Assembly: GCA_965603825.1 (NCBI GenBank)
Contig: CBFDEM010000019.1
Location: forward strand, 62,001-126,000
Length of the DNA: 64,000 nucleotides
Direction: 5' to 3'
From: Blepharisma stoltei ATCC 30299
Taxonomy: Eukaryota; Protista; Ciliophora
Both the position numbers and the translations under genes were made by a program. A model generated the notes under the pieces. That model saw only the letters and a program-made list of their open reading frames with translations. It did no database searches and was not told the origin of the DNA. Shown here one piece after another: positions 61,144-64,000 of this stretch (the first letter of the stretch is position 1; each line of letters begins with the position of its first letter).

Positions 61144-62070
61144 TTAGTTAAATGTCTTGTTTCTGTGATCTTCGCTACATAACTCATACTTTTGTTGCTG
61201 GTTAACCTCAGCGTCGTTCAATAGGTCGTCTACAAATTTCTCCTTGATCTGTTCTTCACTGTGTTGTTGCTCTACTGCGCTGGCCTCTTGAGTATAAGCC
61301 TGGTTCTGTCAATACGGGTCATAAGCTGGAGCCTGCTCGTAGTAGCCCATGTTATAGTAAGGGTACATCATATACGGCTGCCCCTGGTACCCTTGGGTAG
61401 AGTACATTTGGTTTTGGTACTGGTTCGTGTAAGGCTGGCTGGAGTACTGCGGGTTATAATAAGGCTGGTTGGTATAGCCTTGGTAGTTACCATATCTTTC
61501 TTCCTGCTGGTTGTGCTTTGGCATGGCCTTTTTGCATTCCACCCACTTGCCACTGATATAGTTGTTTTCGTTATTTTCGATGACTTTGTCAACGCTGTCT
61601 TCACTTACGAATGTGATGAAGCCGAACCCTCGGGGTCTGCCTGTTTCTCTGTCAAACATGACGACGCTGTCCTCAATTTGTCCGAACTGCTCGAAGAAAT
61701 TAATGAACATCTCCTGCGTCACATCTGGAGGCAGCCCACCCACAAAGATCTTTTTGGTCCGATATGGAGCAGGATTTTCAGTGATCGCAGCCGCGCCTTG
61801 TTCTCGTGGGACAGCGAGCTTGCAGTCGACTTTTTTGCCGTCAATTAATTGTTCTTCTGCCAAGATGCTGTCAGCAGACTCGTTTTCTTTCATCGTGACA
61901 AATCCAAAACACCGTGATCGCCCAGACGCGCGATCCATCATCAAAATGCAGTCCTGGACTGTCCCGTACTTCTTGAAATGGCTCTGCAAGGTGTCTTTTG
62001 TCGTGTGTGGAGCGAGGCCGCCTACAAAAAGCTTCCGACTATTTGGAGATTACCTTCCTATGTCCTGCAT
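61144..62070 (-). CDS. tandem-RRM RNA-binding protein (Musashi/DAZAP1/hnRNP A-like) with Tyr/Gln-rich tail
   Basis: ATG 62070; RKLFVGGL after splicing; RSRCFGFVT, KKIFVGGL, RPRGFGFITF; TGA 61309 read through to TAA 61144-61146. Confidence 0.92.
61175..61189 (-). other. probable 15-nt in-frame intron GTATGAGTTATGTAG
   Basis: Matches the consensus (A10, TAG); no stop, so not required. Confidence 0.6.
62039..62053 (-). other. 15-nt intron GTAATCTCCAAATAG
   Basis: In-frame TAA; removal gives MQDIGSRKLFVGGL. Confidence 0.92.
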
Positions 62071-62103
62071 ATTTATCAAGTTATAGTTTATTTTTTCTTA
62101 GTA

Positions 62104-64000
62104 TTAGGAGTTAAGCCTTTCGGAGATCCAGGCATTTATTCTTTCTTTTAAATCAGTGTCTTCAACAAGCTCTTCGACTGTGAGTGGTGCTCTGCTGAAG
62201 GGGTCGATCTGGTCACTTAACAGATGTCTGACAATAGTAGGCCGATCCACACGATTTCCACTTGGCAAAATAACTGGGTTTCGCATAAGCTCACAAGAAA
62301 TAGGGTCTAAAAACTCGTCTGGTATTTCTCCTAACTTGTCTTCTACTGACTGCTGCACTTGACTAGTTGATTTCACCCTCTGTATAAACTGCTCGAAAGT
62401 CTGAATCAATTCATAAGCAAGAATTGGCCTCTTATTGCAGATTCTAAGTGCTTTATTCATAATATCCCCACTATAAGATCTCTCATCTTTAATAATACAC
62501 TGGTAAAATTTCTCATGCTTCCCTATATGTAGGTAAATTTTTATGATATTCCCTAGCATCTCTTCTGGCAGAAAATTATAGTGCTTTGGGTTTTCCACTT
62601 TTAATTCCAAGCATTTCGGCCCACACAGCAAAGCTAAAAAGTAATTAAGCATCGCTGCAGTTCTGTCTCCGAACTCGTCACTCACAAATAGTGACGAATT
62701 CCAGTCCGCGACTTGTTCAAGCAGCCCTATTGACTCATTAGCTTGCTGCATCACATACTTGCAGTATCCCTCCTCCTTTGAGTTTTCCTCTTCTTCTTGT
62801 GGGGTAACGCCTTCTGTGTTTCTTTTATCATTAAACTTCTTACAATGAATTAGCTTTTTTAGCCCTTCGTCATAGCACCAAGTTGTATCATTTATAAGCA
62901 TATTAATAAATCTTGCGAAAAAAGGTTCCCCTTCTTGAGCTTTGGTCTGGTTTTGATAGTACTCGAATTTCCACAAAAACGCGAATATTTTGGCTGTATA
63001 GTGCCTGTACATGAACTTGTCGTAAAATTGGGAGTGAGAACCGCTGAACTCGATATCAACGTAAAAAATGATCAGGGAAGGCAGCAGGTATTTTTTGGCG
63101 ACTTCATTAAGGTTAATTAAGGTATGCAGGTCCCCAAAAATGCCTTCTTCTAAGATCATACTTAAAGCTTGGACTAGTTTGGCTCGCAAATAAGGGTTAG
63201 AAAAGTGGGAAGGACTTGACAAAACTACTGTAGCAAATGTCAATAAGTTCAGAATTTCTTGAGAGCCCAGAGATCTCAGGCCTTCTGGCTGCAGCTCAAG
63301 TATGATTATTAATAATTCTGATATGTTTTCTACAATATGCTCAGGCAAAATCCCAAGAAGAGGGTTTGGAGGCGGCAGAGGCAGCGTTCCTTGAAATCCT
63401 GCCCACTTTACTACTAAATTCATAGTCAAATTGCAGAGCTGCAGCAGCATTGAGTTCCTTCCTGAGTCTAAAAGAATCACATCATAGCATAGCTTTATTT
63501 TGATAAAATACTTGAATTCCTCTTCTGCGGCTGGATTTTTCTTTCCTTTTAGCTGGTTTAATATTCTGTTTAAGTCCATGTAATTCTGACGGATTTGGTT
63601 CCAGCCATAATGGAACATCTGGGCACAAAGAAAGTAAAACTCTGTAATGGTCCCGAAGCTTTTGTCTTCTCTTGGCAATTTCTCTAGAGATGTGCATATA
63701 GGCGTTTCATTGATTTTGCTCATCTTTTTGTCATGCAGCATATAAAGTGGGTCAATTTTTTGAGCTTTAGGATCGTTCGGGTCGAAAAAAGGCTTACATA
63801 ATTGCAAAAGGACGTCTAAAACATTTATACAAAAACCTTCACTTGAGCTAGTCCTCATAGTAGGTCTTTCTAGTCTGCTTCCTAGTTTTGCTTTCTCAGC
63901 ATTAAACACTACAGCTCCAGCAAGCCAATTTAAGGTCTTTTTCATGTCATTTTTCATCAGCTGCTTAATGATATCGACCAAGACCATTGCATACTGTTTT
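62104..64000 (-). CDS. UFD2: U-box ubiquitin conjugation factor E4 (UFD2/UBE4), 5-prime part outside the window
   Basis: FGTITEFYFL, NPYLRAKLV, SQFYDKF..R, LCGPKCLELKV, U-box IPDEFLDPISCELMRNPVILPSG...HLLSD..DPFSR. Frame is open to the window edge. Confidence 0.95.
   Translation of the reverse strand, partial: KQYAMVLVDIIKQLMKNDMKKTLNWLAGAVVFNAEKAKLGSRLERPTMRTSSSEGFCINVLDVLLQLCKPFFDPNDPKAQKIDPLYMLHDKKMSKINETPICTSLEKLPREDKSFGTITEFYFLCAQMFHYGWNQIRQNYMDLNRILNQLKGKKNPAAEEEFKYFIKIKLCYDVILLDSGRNSMLLQLCNLTMNLVVKWAGFQGTLPLPPPNPLLGILPEHIVENISELLIIILELQPEGLRSLGSQEILNLLTFATVVLSSPSHFSNPYLRAKLVQALSMILEEGIFGDLHTLINLNEVAKKYLLPSLIIFYVDIEFSGSHSQFYDKFMYRHYTAKIFAFLWKFEYYQNQTKAQEGEPFFARFINMLINDTTWCYDEGLKKLIHCKKFNDKRNTEGVTPQEEEENSKEEGYCKYVMQQANESIGLLEQVADWNSSLFVSDEFGDRTAAMLNYFLALLCGPKCLELKVENPKHYNFLPEEMLGNIIKIYLHIGKHEKFYQCIIKDERSYSGDIMNKALRICNKRPILAYELIQTFEQFIQRVKSTSQVQQSVEDKLGEIPDEFLDPISCELMRNPVILPSGNRVDRPTIVRHLLSDQIDPFSRAPLTVEELVEDTDLKERINAWISERLNS

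Noticed and set aside
1885-61311. In-frame TGAs as pseudogene stops or selenocysteine
   Set aside because: They fall at conserved Trp positions and align with TGG in paralogs; none is at a redox Cys site, and no SECIS was identified.
88-63697. Many short antisense or alternate-frame ORFs in the track (e.g. 489..809, 3017..3367, 28679..29149, 56873..57271, 61261..61848, 61562..62086)
   Set aside because: Shadow ORFs overlapping well-supported genes; no motifs, and many start at TTG or GTG.
1-64000. IESs, transposons, CRISPR arrays, rRNA
   Set aside because: No intact CDS is interrupted by a TA-bounded insert; no transposase/RT motifs, terminal repeats or spaced repeat arrays were seen.
10843-64000. 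Apparent ubiquitin-system cluster (p62-like, four Skp1, Ubl, RING-CH, UFD2)
   Set aside because: Interspersed with unrelated genes, and these families are large in ciliates; no evidence of functional clustering beyond the Skp1 duplications.

Overview
AT-rich, extremely gene-dense eukaryotic DNA that reads as somatic (macronuclear-type) sequence of a heterotrich ciliate, most consistent with Blepharisma. Two features break the supplied standard-code ORF track. (1) TGA is a sense codon for Trp: more than 50 in-frame TGAs, many at invariant Trp positions or aligned with TGG in a neighbouring paralog; genes end in TAA, occasionally TAG. (2) Introns are 15 nt (GTA...AG with an invariant A at position 10); ten were found, six needed to remove an in-frame stop. 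Re-reading gives about 41 protein-coding genes: four Skp1 paralogs in two inverted tandem pairs, tandem GSK3 and AGC kinase pairs, a 2090-aa multi-pass Cys-rich surface protein, an 1819-aa IQ/EF-hand pseudo-calpain, a p62/NBR1-like receptor, TFIIB, GIGYF, UFD2 and others. There is also a frameshifted NDUFA9 pseudogene. The best novelty candidates are a 1341-aa Spindle-E/TDRD9-like DEAH helicase with no recognisable Tudor domain but with an RGG tail, a Trp-rich insert, a RIG-I-CTD-like Zn module and a matrin-type Zn finger; co-oriented genes only 6-9 bp apart; and an Rdx-CxxC plus CEP164-like WW fusion. No tRNA, rRNA, telomere, IES or transposon could be supported. All family calls come from manual motif recognition; no database search was run.
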